A stretch of 59,796 nucleotides of DNA from a virus. Lineage: Duplodnaviria > Caudoviricetes. Under the pieces are notes generated by a model that ran no database searches, was not told the DNA's origin, and saw only the letters and a program-made list of their open reading frames with translations. The DNA lies in the IMG/VR virus record IMGVR_UViG_3300032214_001248, positions 1-59,796 of that record. One strand, given 5' to 3'. Shown piece by piece: positions 28,084 to 38,449 of this stretch. The first letter of the stretch is position 1; each line of letters begins with the position of its first letter. A program made the position numbers and the translations under genes.

Positions 28084-31000
28084 TTAAATAAGGTTCTCGG
28101 GAGTATTTGGAATATTAAGTTTTGGATTATTAGAACTGAGTTCTGTATCAGTACCAGACCTTTCAATAGCAGTTGGTGCAGAGGTAACCTTAGCATCAAT
28201 ACTTTCTTGTAGAGTATTATAAACTTGGACAAGTTCTCCTGGAGTCTCATAGAATCCAGCATATCTAACCCCATCTTTATAAAATACGGACCCATAATAT
28301 GCTCTACCATCAATATAACCATTCTGTTTAAGACCAACTAAATCTGTAACTTGAATAAGTTTTGCGGGATCTACAACAATGGGGTCTCTAACAGGTACAA
28401 GAACTGGTACTGCCTCAAAATTAATTCCCGTTTCAGTTTGAATTGTTATATTTGGGTATGATGTAAAACCAATACCAGGATTAACTGGTGTTACTTTAGT
28501 AATTCTACCAAAAGAATCGCATTCATAATCCAATACTGCCCCATTGTTGGGAGTGATTGTAATTCGGTCTTCTCCACATCTATGATTTATTCCAGGATTT
28601 GTGACTATTACATTTTCCAATATTAAAGTAACTGGATATGTATTAGTGCCTGTTGGACTTGGAACTATTGTTGGTGGTGGTATATATCCATTTCCTGGAT
28701 CTTCTACTATAATATCAGTAACAACTCCTCTACCACTTAATTTTTTAGGGCAAGGTGGTGGAATAAGAATGGCAGAAATTCCCATAGGATTTGATGACCA
28801 TGGAGTCTGTTTACTTGATGATTGAGATACCTCTTTGCGAATAACAAGTGCAAATCCCACTGGATTTTTCGTAAAAATATTAGTAAAGTCTGGAGTATTT
28901 TCCATTTCCACTACAATATCATAAGTTCCAGCAGTAACATTAACAGCATCGAATGGGGGACTGCCAGTAAATCCTCTTGCATCCAAGACTTTTACTCCAT
29001 TAATTAATAAAGACGCACTATTATCTGCTTGAAATGCTATTTTATACTGCCCATCTTCAGGAAATTTAACTCCCTTCCAAGTATAAGTTTTTTTACCATT
29101 TATTTCAGAATTATTAGAATCAAGTGGAGGTAGATATGGAGATATTGAATGATTATTCATAAAATCTCCCCATCTACTATCAGTATAATGGAAAAGACTT
29201 GGACCACTATATGTTACACCATCTTTTGATGTGCCACCAGTTAGCGTCTGTTGAACAGTTGAAGAAGATTTTCCACTACTTGTAACATCAGTTATTATTA
29301 ATTTAATATTTTCATCTGTACCTTGAGCATCGAGAAGAGCTAATTTGTTATTACTGAGTTTAGGAGTTCCTACGCCAGGTGAAGCACCAATAATTTGAAT
29401 TGGACCATAAGTCTTTCCAGCACTAAATTTTCCAGATTTTCTAATATTTTCTTTCTGAGGTAAATCAGATTTTCTATTAAAAGATACTTGTCCACTATCA
29501 GAAGGAACAACCATTCCTTTTGCAGCAATGCCATATATAAATGGTTGGTCACTAACTTCCATTATAAAGAATATTTCGCCACTTCCAGCTCCATCAACCT
29601 CAATATAATAATCTTTTCCCTTTTGAATAAATTTTGCTTTTATTTTTGATGGAGTAGTAATTGTACTTTGAGCATCAACTTGCCAATCTTTAGTTCTGAA
29701 GATTTTTTGATCTATTACACTAGAAGTTTCTATAGGTTCGTTATAAAGTTCTGCTGTAATAGTATGCCTACCTTTCGAAAGAAAAGTTTTTACTAATTTT
29801 GGAGATTCATTATTAAATCCGTCAAGGTTTGATATTTCTGTATTATCAATCAATATTCTACCTTTATTATCTCTAGTTCCCCGCACTCCATAAAATCCAT
29901 CATAAGGAATATCAATACTCCAAGAAGTAGAATATGTTGCACCAGAGTTATCGCTTCCTGGAGTATCCAAAGGTTTAACTGGAGAAATTGCATAACGATT
30001 CATAAATCTACTCCAACCAGGAGCTTCATATGTTCTCGTTGAAGTAGTACTATTGTTTGTAACTCCCGGAGAAGATTCCAATCTATATGTTAAATCATAT
30101 GTACTCCTACCACTGTTTTTTGCCTTTCTCTTATTTGAACTAGAAAAAGAACCAATAGATGTAGTTATTTGTATGTCATCATTATCATTACCTGATGTAG
30201 TGTAATCTGCAAAAATTTTATTTGAAGATCCAACACCACTTTCCTTATCTTTAGTTCCACCTTTTATCAAACCCTGTTCAACAGAGTTAAATTTGGAAGA
30301 ATCTTCTTTAGCTCTAACAATATAATTTAAATTTGGGGTTATAGTAATTTTTTCAACTCTTGATTTTTTATTTTTATCAGCACCATTTATAACAAATGTA
30401 TGCGAACCATCAACCGCTGTAAAGATAAACGATAAATCTTTTATTGCTCCTTGACCATAAACAGTAAAACTCACCTCTTTCTTTTGTTGAGTTGACGTTG
30501 GATTGTCTATAGTAATTGTTTCTGTTATTATTCTCGGGCTTGCAAATTTAACTGGATACCAACTTTGAGATATAGTAGGGAATCTTGTGGTCCAAATTGG
30601 ATTATTTGGGCATCTTCCCTCCTGTTCTGGAATTTGTTCTTGTGGAGGAGCTGGTTCGGGTGGTGCATTAATAGTTACAGAAACTCCCATTGGATTTTCA
30701 TTCCAAGACTTGGAAGATACTATTTTTTGTTCAACTGCTGATTGAGAACCTCCAGAAGAATCTGTTTTATTTTTAATATCTGTTATAATAATTTTTATAT
30801 TTTCGTCACTTCCAGCAGTGTCAAGAAGAGCTAACTTATTGCTATTGACTTTAGGAGTTCCTGCACCCGGAGACCCTCCATTAATCTGAATTGGTCCATA
30901 AGTTTTTCCTGCAGTAAATTTTCCAGTCTTTTTAATTGTCTCTTTTTGTGGAGTATCAGATCTCCTTTTAAAGGATAAATCATTACCATCTGAAGGTATA

Positions 31001-32229
31001 ACGACCTCTTTAGCAGCAAGACCTGCAATATAACTTTGATCATCAACATCCATTACAATTGTTACTTCACCGGTTCCAGTGCCACCAACTTCCAGAAAAT
31101 AACTTTTACCTTTTTGAATGAATTTGGGTTTAATATTACCTTTTGAATTAGAACTCTGACCTGCTGTTACTCTTGTTTCATATATTGGAGAATTTAAAAG
31201 ATCTATGCGAATGTTATGAATACCCTCTGTGATTGTTTTTCTAACATCACTAAGAGAATCTGCAAATCCACCCAAATCAAATACCTTTTCACCATCAACA
31301 TAAAGTTGGGCAACATTATCACACAATCCCCTAAAAACGTATTCCCCAGTCAAAGGAAAATGTTCATTCCACTCCATTGTGAAGAGTATTCCCGAATAAT
31401 CACTTCCCTTTACATTTGATGGAGAAACTGGAGAAACTGCATAGGAATTCATAAAATCAGACCAAGCACTACCAAAAGTAACATTATGCGTCTGATAAGG
31501 CGTTACTCTAGGATCACTTACAGTTATTTTGTTTGGTCTTCTTTTTCTAGTATCCCAGAATGGAGATCTTGCAAGAGCTCTTACAACCTTTTCATATTTT
31601 TCTACTTCAGTCTTTATGGGATCTAATCCTATATTCACATAAGCACTTGGTTCCCACGGGCCCAAATCCTCACCATTTGGGCCATATTTTCTACCAAATC
31701 CAACTTCGTTTGGATCACAAATTTCATATTCTTCAAAATCTTCTTCATCAGCATAAGTTTCAAATCCATCTGAAACCTCCCCAACTACTGCCTTAAGCAC
31801 AGCACCACTACCATAATAGCAATGATCATTTGCAGTCACCTGTGGGTCATATTGATATCCGTGCCCCCCACGAACTAAATCAACTGCCAATAGTGAACCA
31901 TCAGAACCAATAACTGGATTCGCCTGGGCACCCACTCCACCTCCACCATAAATTTGAATACTTGGAGGTCCGCAAGGTTTTTTCTGATTTAGTCCTTCAC
32001 AATCTTGATTTGACTCTAAATCAGACGGAGTAAGTCTATTAACCTCATTAAGACTCAGATATTGAAGGACACTGTTTCCATTTTTAAATACAAAAGTTGT
32101 ACCTGGATTATCTTTACCATATTCATTAGCTTCACATATGGAAACATCGCTAACATATCCCAACTTAGGATCGATGTATCCCAATCTAATATCATCTTTT
32201 GAAGGTTGTCCGAATAGATTACTTGCCAT
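28084..32229 (-). CDS. large baseplate/tail protein with PA14-like domains
   Basis: Three G.Y.F/V....DN.....++DG/NG....G.H.I..+L.N blocks and a duplicated KFIQKGK...KTYGPIQI...DENIK domain. Confidence 0.65.
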   Translation of the reverse strand: MASNLFGQPSKDDIRLGYIDPKLGYVSDVSICEANEYGKDNPGTTFVFKNGNSVLQYLSLNEVNRLTPSDLESNQDCEGLNQKKPCGPPSIQIYGGGGVGAQANPVIGSDGSLLAVDLVRGGHGYQYDPQVTANDHCYYGSGAVLKAVVGEVSDGFETYADEEDFEEYEICDPNEVGFGRKYGPNGEDLGPWEPSAYVNIGLDPIKTEVEKYEKVVRALARSPFWDTRKRRPNKITVSDPRVTPYQTHNVTFGSAWSDFMNSYAVSPVSPSNVKGSDYSGILFTMEWNEHFPLTGEYVFRGLCDNVAQLYVDGEKVFDLGGFADSLSDVRKTITEGIHNIRIDLLNSPIYETRVTAGQSSNSKGNIKPKFIQKGKSYFLEVGGTGTGEVTIVMDVDDQSYIAGLAAKEVVIPSDGNDLSFKRRSDTPQKETIKKTGKFTAGKTYGPIQINGGSPGAGTPKVNSNKLALLDTAGSDENIKIIITDIKNKTDSSGGSQSAVEQKIVSSKSWNENPMGVSVTINAPPEPAPPQEQIPEQEGRCPNNPIWTTRFPTISQSWYPVKFASPRIITETITIDNPTSTQQKKEVSFTVYGQGAIKDLSFIFTAVDGSHTFVINGADKNKKSRVEKITITPNLNYIVRAKEDSSKFNSVEQGLIKGGTKDKESGVGSSNKIFADYTTSGNDNDDIQITTSIGSFSSSNKRKAKNSGRSTYDLTYRLESSPGVTNNSTTSTRTYEAPGWSRFMNRYAISPVKPLDTPGSDNSGATYSTSWSIDIPYDGFYGVRGTRDNKGRILIDNTEISNLDGFNNESPKLVKTFLSKGRHTITAELYNEPIETSSVIDQKIFRTKDWQVDAQSTITTPSKIKAKFIQKGKDYYIEVDGAGSGEIFFIMEVSDQPFIYGIAAKGMVVPSDSGQVSFNRKSDLPQKENIRKSGKFSAGKTYGPIQIIGASPGVGTPKLSNNKLALLDAQGTDENIKLIITDVTSSGKSSSTVQQTLTGGTSKDGVTYSGPSLFHYTDSRWGDFMNNHSISPYLPPLDSNNSEINGKKTYTWKGVKFPEDGQYKIAFQADNSASLLINGVKVLDARGFTGSPPFDAVNVTAGTYDIVVEMENTPDFTNIFTKNPVGFALVIRKEVSQSSSKQTPWSSNPMGISAILIPPPCPKKLSGRGVVTDIIVEDPGNGYIPPPTIVPSPTGTNTYPVTLILENVIVTNPGINHRCGEDRITITPNNGAVLDYECDSFGRITKVTPVNPGIGFTSYPNITIQTETGINFEAVPVLVPVRDPIVVDPAKLIQVTDLVGLKQNGYIDGRAYYGSVFYKDGVRYAGFYETPGELVQVYNTLQESIDAKVTSAPTAIERSGTDTELSSNNPKLNIPNTPENLI

Positions 32230-32284
32230 TCGATATATTAAATGCTAACTTCTTTGATTTCATTGTTAATATTTATTGCCCCAC

Positions 32285-34012
32285 TTAATATTTTAAATCT
32301 TCAGTGTTCTTTGCTGGTTGTGCAAAGTCAATTCCAGGAGAGAAAGTAATTTCAGTTGCAGATTGTACATTTTTAGCAACTGAACTATAATTTGGAAATT
32401 GTGCTTCCTCAGACGCACCACCACCCTTATGTAAGGTATAAAAATTAGAAACAGGGCAACTTGGTTTTAAGTCTCCCTTAAGAATATTTAACGCCACATT
32501 TTCAAATCTCAAAGCACTACTTAAACTGGAACTTATAGAACTTACATTTGCAGATATGTCGGACAAACTACTGCTTACCTCTGCAAGTTGAGAATTTATA
32601 TCAGATAAAAATGCATTTATTCCCTTTAAAACTTCATCAATACCATTATTAATATCATTTTGATTTGTTACAATAATATCAGCAACAAATTTTTCTACCG
32701 AACAAATAGGAACCTCGGGGGCATCTCCATTATAACCTGTGGTTGGATCATTATCTCTAGAAGGATTTTTTGTATCTAATATTCTATTTAATGCTGATCT
32801 AATTTGATCACATAACTTTCCAGCAATTTTGCTGAATAGGGAGTAAATTTTTTCTGTAATTTGCTCTTTAATATCGAGATATTGATGTCTTTGATTTGGA
32901 TACATCACATCAACAGTTTTTGACAGAGATTTATTAATTTTTTTAAGGATATATTCCAGCATCTTATCAAAAATAATTTTCATATATTTCGCTAGTTGGC
33001 AAGAATAATCAAAAATTAATTTCTTAATATCTTTTGATAAAATTTGAGAAGCAGCATCAATATAACTCTGTGCTGTTTGCAAAATTTTATCAATGTCCCT
33101 AGTAAGATTTTCTAATAAAATATTAATTGCCTTCAAGGCAGAACCCACTTGATCGCAGGGACTCATCAATACTCTTTTTTTCAAATATAATTCATTTCTT
33201 TTTGTATCTGCATTTGATTGAATATGATTATCATCGGGATTTTCAATTGCGGCACCAGGTTGAGAAGGAGATGTTGGCGAACTTGCTTCTTTACACCTTG
33301 CCCCTATTCCATCGGCAACTACCTTCTGAATAAATTTAGTCCTTTCATCTCCAGTCAATCCCCTAGCCTGTGCTTCTCTTATTGCACTTTGCTGATCAGC
33401 AAATTGTTGCGAATTCAATGATTTGTCAGAACGGAGACCAAACTCATTAATAGCAACTCCTGGCGGTGGAGGAGAGCACTCTTCAGATTGCGTATTTCCT
33501 TTTGGTTTTTGAACTCCTATTCTATCATCTGGAACTTTTGGTTTTGCACTTCCGACAGGGGGATCTTTTCCTTCAGAGTATCCACTAGTTGCTGCAAAGT
33601 TAGAATCATTATTACCAATTTTTGTTTTTAATTGAGTCTGTGCATTATTGCCCAGAACTCCCATAATTACAGGAACTTGTTGATCTTGTCCGTCGAGGAA
33701 AAATCCAAATACAAAATTTCCTTGGCGAAGATTTGGTGTTTGAGAAGCACCAGTTTGACCCCCACCCGCAGTAATCGGGTACATCACTTGAGCCCAAGGA
33801 AGTTGATCTGAAGAAATTACTTCCTCTTCTTTATCATGAAGTCCAATAATTCTTACTTTATATCTACGACCCCATCCAGGAATAGATTGGGGGGAATCAT
33901 GTTTCCCAGACGCAGCATTATCCCTCCAAGTTGAATCGTCAGCAATCTGACCTACCCACCAGTTAAAATGTGCTCCTAAGAATCCAGGATTAAATAAGTT
34001 TCCTTCACTCAT
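32285..34012 (-). CDS. gp5: baseplate hub subunit gp5-like (OB-fold N-terminus)
   Basis: WWVGQI...GRRYKVRIIGLH...DQLPWAQVM...GNFVFGFFLDG.D.Q.PVIMG is the T4 gp5 N-terminal signature. Confidence 0.85.
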   Translation of the reverse strand: MSEGNLFNPGFLGAHFNWWVGQIADDSTWRDNAASGKHDSPQSIPGWGRRYKVRIIGLHDKEEEVISSDQLPWAQVMYPITAGGGQTGASQTPNLRQGNFVFGFFLDGQDQQVPVIMGVLGNNAQTQLKTKIGNNDSNFAATSGYSEGKDPPVGSAKPKVPDDRIGVQKPKGNTQSEECSPPPPGVAINEFGLRSDKSLNSQQFADQQSAIREAQARGLTGDERTKFIQKVVADGIGARCKEASSPTSPSQPGAAIENPDDNHIQSNADTKRNELYLKKRVLMSPCDQVGSALKAINILLENLTRDIDKILQTAQSYIDAASQILSKDIKKLIFDYSCQLAKYMKIIFDKMLEYILKKINKSLSKTVDVMYPNQRHQYLDIKEQITEKIYSLFSKIAGKLCDQIRSALNRILDTKNPSRDNDPTTGYNGDAPEVPICSVEKFVADIIVTNQNDINNGIDEVLKGINAFLSDINSQLAEVSSSLSDISANVSSISSSLSSALRFENVALNILKGDLKPSCPVSNFYTLHKGGGASEEAQFPNYSSVAKNVQSATEITFSPGIDFAQPAKNTEDLKY

Positions 34013-34224
34013 TAGTCTTCATATATCTTACACTCTAATGCACCTGGGTTTTCGTCACAATATAATTCCAAAGCAGTTGGATCATGATGATCGTCTGGGT
34101 GATTCTCAACCCATTTTTCTAAAGACTCCAATTCACTTTCAGTATGTCTTCTTGATTGGGCAGATATGGTCGGGTCATCAAGTAAATTCTTGTCATGTTC
34201 GATGTGTTGTTCTACGCTTTCCAT
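34012..34224 (-). CDS. cp12: CP12 Calvin-cycle inhibitor (phage type)
   Basis: C-terminal TALELYCDENPGALECKIYED CP12 signature; 70 aa, acidic. Confidence 0.9.
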   Translation of the reverse strand: MESVEQHIEHDKNLLDDPTISAQSRRHTESELESLEKWVENHPDDHHDPTALELYCDENPGALECKIYED

Positions 34225-34263
34225 AACTATGCGTAAAGTTACTATGACTATTTAACAACTTTA

Positions 34264-35634
34264 TTATGGATTATATTTTGGCGTGCCTTTTGTGCCAACA
34301 GAGTCTCTAACTGCGACTATTTTTGTAAACCCAGCAGTCTTTATATTAATATAATGACATATATCGGCAATTAAATAGTAACCACCCAAATATTCATCAA
34401 AATCTTGAATCTTTTTAGTTGAAAGTTCTGGAGTACTTACATAAATTAAATCCCCAGCATGTAAACTAAAATCAGCACGGTCAAGTGTTATCGTCGTTTG
34501 AGATGAAAAAAGTTGATTATATCTCATTGAAGACTGATTTAAAATATTTTTAGGATCAAAATTCTGTTCTTTCGATTTTTCTATTTGTTGTTTTGTACTT
34601 CCACTTGGAATTGATCCAGTATCAAGAAGCATATATTGTGTTCTTGAAAAATCTTTATTTCTTCCTTCCTTATCAAATTTTGGATTTATTTTCGGTAAAG
34701 ACTTTCCTGCTTTTTGAAGATTTTCTTCAGATCCAAGTTCAGTTGGTTGTCCCTGAGACTTTGGATTAATAACTTCATAGTAACAATTGAACGGATCAAA
34801 TAATATTGTTCTTGTGGAATACGTACCAGCTTCAAGTTTTGTTTGAATATCTCCCCCTGGAGTTGGTGGAATTATATCCACTATTTTTCCATCATATTCG
34901 GCAGGAAGATCTGCAGTTTGATTATAGATAAAACTTTTTATATTTTTCTTACTACCATTCTGTTCATTTTCAGATAACATTCCATCTATAGATTTAAACT
35001 TAAATCCATCCGATGTCTCAAAGAAAAGAAATCCGGCGGTATTTCCCTTTGCATTTTGTATACTAGGAACACTCCTTTTTGCTAACCAAAGAATATGATA
35101 AAAAGGTCTTTTTTGATTACCAAAAAAATTAAAAGTATTTTCAGTTTCTTCAATATCTAATTTTTTCTCTGTACTCAAAAGTTCAGAATCAGTTAAAACA
35201 TTTCTTACATGATCTGATATTTTTCCATCGTATCTTTTTCTAACAACACATTTATAATTGTCTATTGCTTCTGAGGAAATAAACTCAACACCAACTAAAG
35301 ACTTGGTAGTGTCTTTTGATAGTGGAGTAATAGAACTAATATTGACATTCAAATTTAACTCAACATCATTATAATCTCTTAGTTTTATTTGGGAATCAAG
35401 ACCATATTCTAAAGGCATTCCCTCAAGAAGTGTTTTATAAACTCCATCCTTTTTAACTGTATTACCCGTATCAGCATAAACTATCTGAACACGAATAGAT
35501 GGGTCCAAAATACTCTCATAATAATACAGATCTGTTATAATATCAGGAATGTCTTTAATAATTTTATTGTCTATAGATGAAATCAAAAACTCATCTATAG
35601 AAACTGACCTAGAATCTACTGTTTTCTGAGACAT
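34264..35634 (-). CDS. baseplate hub protein (gp27-like)
   Basis: YYESILDP..., AGFLFFETSDGFKFKSID, SLHAGDLI and GYYLIADICH; lies between the tape-measure-like genes and gp5. Confidence 0.65.
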   Translation of the reverse strand: MSQKTVDSRSVSIDEFLISSIDNKIIKDIPDIITDLYYYESILDPSIRVQIVYADTGNTVKKDGVYKTLLEGMPLEYGLDSQIKLRDYNDVELNLNVNISSITPLSKDTTKSLVGVEFISSEAIDNYKCVVRKRYDGKISDHVRNVLTDSELLSTEKKLDIEETENTFNFFGNQKRPFYHILWLAKRSVPSIQNAKGNTAGFLFFETSDGFKFKSIDGMLSENEQNGSKKNIKSFIYNQTADLPAEYDGKIVDIIPPTPGGDIQTKLEAGTYSTRTILFDPFNCYYEVINPKSQGQPTELGSEENLQKAGKSLPKINPKFDKEGRNKDFSRTQYMLLDTGSIPSGSTKQQIEKSKEQNFDPKNILNQSSMRYNQLFSSQTTITLDRADFSLHAGDLIYVSTPELSTKKIQDFDEYLGGYYLIADICHYINIKTAGFTKIVAVRDSVGTKGTPKYNP

Positions 35635-35659
35635 TTATATGAACACTTTTTTATACTAT

Positions 35660-38446
35660 TTAACCCTGCATATATGCATGATCACGCCAAGAACTTGAAG
35701 ATGGCATTGTAGGTGATGAAATAACTGATTGTTGTGGAGCAGGGACAGGAACCATAACAACTTCCGGTTCTGATTGCTCTACAATAACTTCTGCAGCAGA
35801 ACCAAGTTCATAATAAGCATAATTTCTCAAAACATTAATAGCTCCATCATAATTTGCTTTGTTTAATGCATCTAAAAATCCAGGGAAGTTTTGCTCTAAT
35901 GCTGATGTAGTGTCAGTATCAAGAACAAACTCAATACCTCTTTCACCAAGAATCGCACGAGTAAATCCTCTAACGAGACCACCTCTACCATAAGCAACGT
36001 GAACATGATTATCATGACCTGGATAACCGTCTTTTAATAATTGAATGGGTTTTACACCCTTCATTCTATTAAATTCTGCAATACCGGCAAGAATTTGTTC
36101 TTGATCACCATATCCACGACTTCTTCCATAACCACCAATATCAATTGCTCTAGATCCTTTAGAAGCATAATGGAGTGATCCAGGACTATGACCACTTTCA
36201 GGTGACCATGGCCTATGTTCTGGGTGTTGATGGACCCCTGATCCCCATCTCCCCAAACCCTTTGCATCTAAAAATCTTCCAAGTTCTCCAGCAAGTTTTG
36301 ACCCCCTTCTTGCATCAGAATTATTTGATAATTGTGTGTAACTTCCGCCAGTTGCTCCCACATCAGAAGATGGAACATAACTACCATACTTTGCAAGAAT
36401 ATCATTTGCATATTTCATTCTATTTTCAAATCCGGGCATTCCTGGTTTTTCCCCAGACCTTTCAAATCTTTCTAACCAAATTGCAGATGCATCTCTTGCA
36501 CTTGATGCCTTTTTAATTTCTCTCCAATCTCCTCTTTGTTCTGCTTCCCATTTTAATCCCACCAATTGTCCTTCTAAAGTATTTGGGTCTTTCCCAATAG
36601 AACTAATATAAGCAGAAACTCTTGGCCATCTATGTTGCTTATCCCATTGTGCTATTCCATGGTGACTGCCATTATCAGCTTTTGGATCAAATCCACTTTC
36701 TTGTTGCAAATTCCCAGCAATACCTGCTGCTTGTGCTCCAGTTAAACCTTGAGATATTAAATAGTGCATTGATTTTTCTGCACCAGTTGAACCAGAAAAA
36801 TCTTCAGGACCTTCAACTCCCATTTGACCAGAAGAAGAAACTTTTTCCTTTTCCTCCCCCACAATCGCATTTAATCCCAACTGTTTCATCAAATCGTTTA
36901 AAACATTACCAACTCTCGAAGAAACAGTCTCCTCTACTGATTTTGATATCACTTTAGTTAAATCTTCACCTCTCATAAACATTTCAGAATTTACCTCGCC
37001 ACCACCAGCAAATGCTCCACCAGTTCTCAATACCTCACTACTAAAAGTATTTCCCATCCAAGAGTTTAATCCCTTTCCAACATTTTCATAGTCAAGTGAA
37101 GATGGTTTATCACCTAAGAGTGTTTTTATTGCCAACCCAAAAATTGGTCCAAAGAAAGGAATATCGCCCGTCTTATCATAGAAATTTTTGGCATATCCCA
37201 AAGGATTCATCGTATCACTTTTAGATGACTCTGGAAACATTTTTTCTATTTCTTTGCCACCACCAACATCAGCACCTGGCTTTAATTTTGGCGGAGTAAT
37301 GCTTACTTCACGTTTTACTTTGGGTTTTTTAACTTCTCTTTTTGCAGGTCCACCAACAACCCTCCCACCCCTTGTAATAATTCCACCTTGAGCACGACCT
37401 TGAACTTTTTGTTGCTCCTGCTCTTTTTTTCCAAAGAAAATATCATAAAGTTTTCCACCAGCCCAATCACCAGCAAATCCACCCAGAATAGCTCCTATTG
37501 GTCCACCAAAACCAGTACCAATAGTACCAAGTATACCTGCACCTATTGCTTTGAATGCTGCCCTACCTAGTGGTTCTCCCAAAGCAATTGACAAACCAAA
37601 ATCAAGTAACCCCCCAATAATAGGAAGTCTTTTAGTAAATGGTCTTATAAACTTTAATATCGTTTTAGCACCACCTCTTCCAAATAATTTTGCTGCTAGT
37701 CTAGTAGCACCTCTAGATAATCCTCTTCTCCCAACTTTTGAAGGTGATGGTTTCTGACCCCTTTTAATATCTGGTCCAAAATCATCACCACCCAAATCAC
37801 CAAAAGCAAGTATAGCAATAATACTTGCTTCAATAACTTTACCCATTGCACCAACAAATCCATCAAAAACTTTGGTGAAATTATCTCCACCAAGATTTTT
37901 TAGAAGTGCTTTAGTGGAATCATATGCTTTATATCCCCAATCAACAAAAGTTACAAGACCGTTTAATAATTTTCCACCCCAATCAGTAACAAAATCAAGT
38001 GCTTGTCCCGCTAACTTTACAACTCCCATTAACTTAGGAAGTTGTGGTAATAATCTAACAACTACAAACCCAAGTAAAATATTAAATAAAAACTTCTTAA
38101 TTCTATCAAGAAAACTTAATTTTGGTACTCCAGGAAGTTTAATCTTTTTATCCTCTTCCTTCTCTGGTTTTGCTTCTAACTTTTCTTCTTTTTCAGTAAA
38201 CTTTTTTTGTTCTGCAAGTTTCCTTTTTTTAGCCTCTTCTGCTTGCTTTAATAATGTATTAGTCTTTACTAAATCATTAATCTTAATAACCTGCCTCTTT
38301 ATAATTCCAAGATTTCTATTAGAAAAAGAGTCATCTCCACTCGATAAAGATTTAACACTAATTTTTTTAGTGATAGCAGAAATGCCAGAACTTGGTAAAA
38401 GTTTTGCTGGATTTATTTTTACTGGAGGTAGTGATTTAGGTTCCAT
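35660..38446 (-). CDS. tape-measure-like tail protein with phage tail lysozyme and putative Zn-peptidase domains
   Basis: GLTGAQAAGIAGNLQQESGFDP...GIAQW...FERSG (phage tail lysozyme-like) and SLHY...RAIDIG...HDNHVHVAY (M15-like peptidase motif). Confidence 0.7.
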   Translation of the reverse strand: MEPKSLPPVKINPAKLLPSSGISAITKKISVKSLSSGDDSFSNRNLGIIKRQVIKINDLVKTNTLLKQAEEAKKRKLAEQKKFTEKEEKLEAKPEKEEDKKIKLPGVPKLSFLDRIKKFLFNILLGFVVVRLLPQLPKLMGVVKLAGQALDFVTDWGGKLLNGLVTFVDWGYKAYDSTKALLKNLGGDNFTKVFDGFVGAMGKVIEASIIAILAFGDLGGDDFGPDIKRGQKPSPSKVGRRGLSRGATRLAAKLFGRGGAKTILKFIRPFTKRLPIIGGLLDFGLSIALGEPLGRAAFKAIGAGILGTIGTGFGGPIGAILGGFAGDWAGGKLYDIFFGKKEQEQQKVQGRAQGGIITRGGRVVGGPAKREVKKPKVKREVSITPPKLKPGADVGGGKEIEKMFPESSKSDTMNPLGYAKNFYDKTGDIPFFGPIFGLAIKTLLGDKPSSLDYENVGKGLNSWMGNTFSSEVLRTGGAFAGGGEVNSEMFMRGEDLTKVISKSVEETVSSRVGNVLNDLMKQLGLNAIVGEEKEKVSSSGQMGVEGPEDFSGSTGAEKSMHYLISQGLTGAQAAGIAGNLQQESGFDPKADNGSHHGIAQWDKQHRWPRVSAYISSIGKDPNTLEGQLVGLKWEAEQRGDWREIKKASSARDASAIWLERFERSGEKPGMPGFENRMKYANDILAKYGSYVPSSDVGATGGSYTQLSNNSDARRGSKLAGELGRFLDAKGLGRWGSGVHQHPEHRPWSPESGHSPGSLHYASKGSRAIDIGGYGRSRGYGDQEQILAGIAEFNRMKGVKPIQLLKDGYPGHDNHVHVAYGRGGLVRGFTRAILGERGIEFVLDTDTTSALEQNFPGFLDALNKANYDGAINVLRNYAYYELGSAAEVIVEQSEPEVVMVPVPAPQQSVISSPTMPSSSSWRDHAYMQG

Positions 38447-38449
38447 TTA

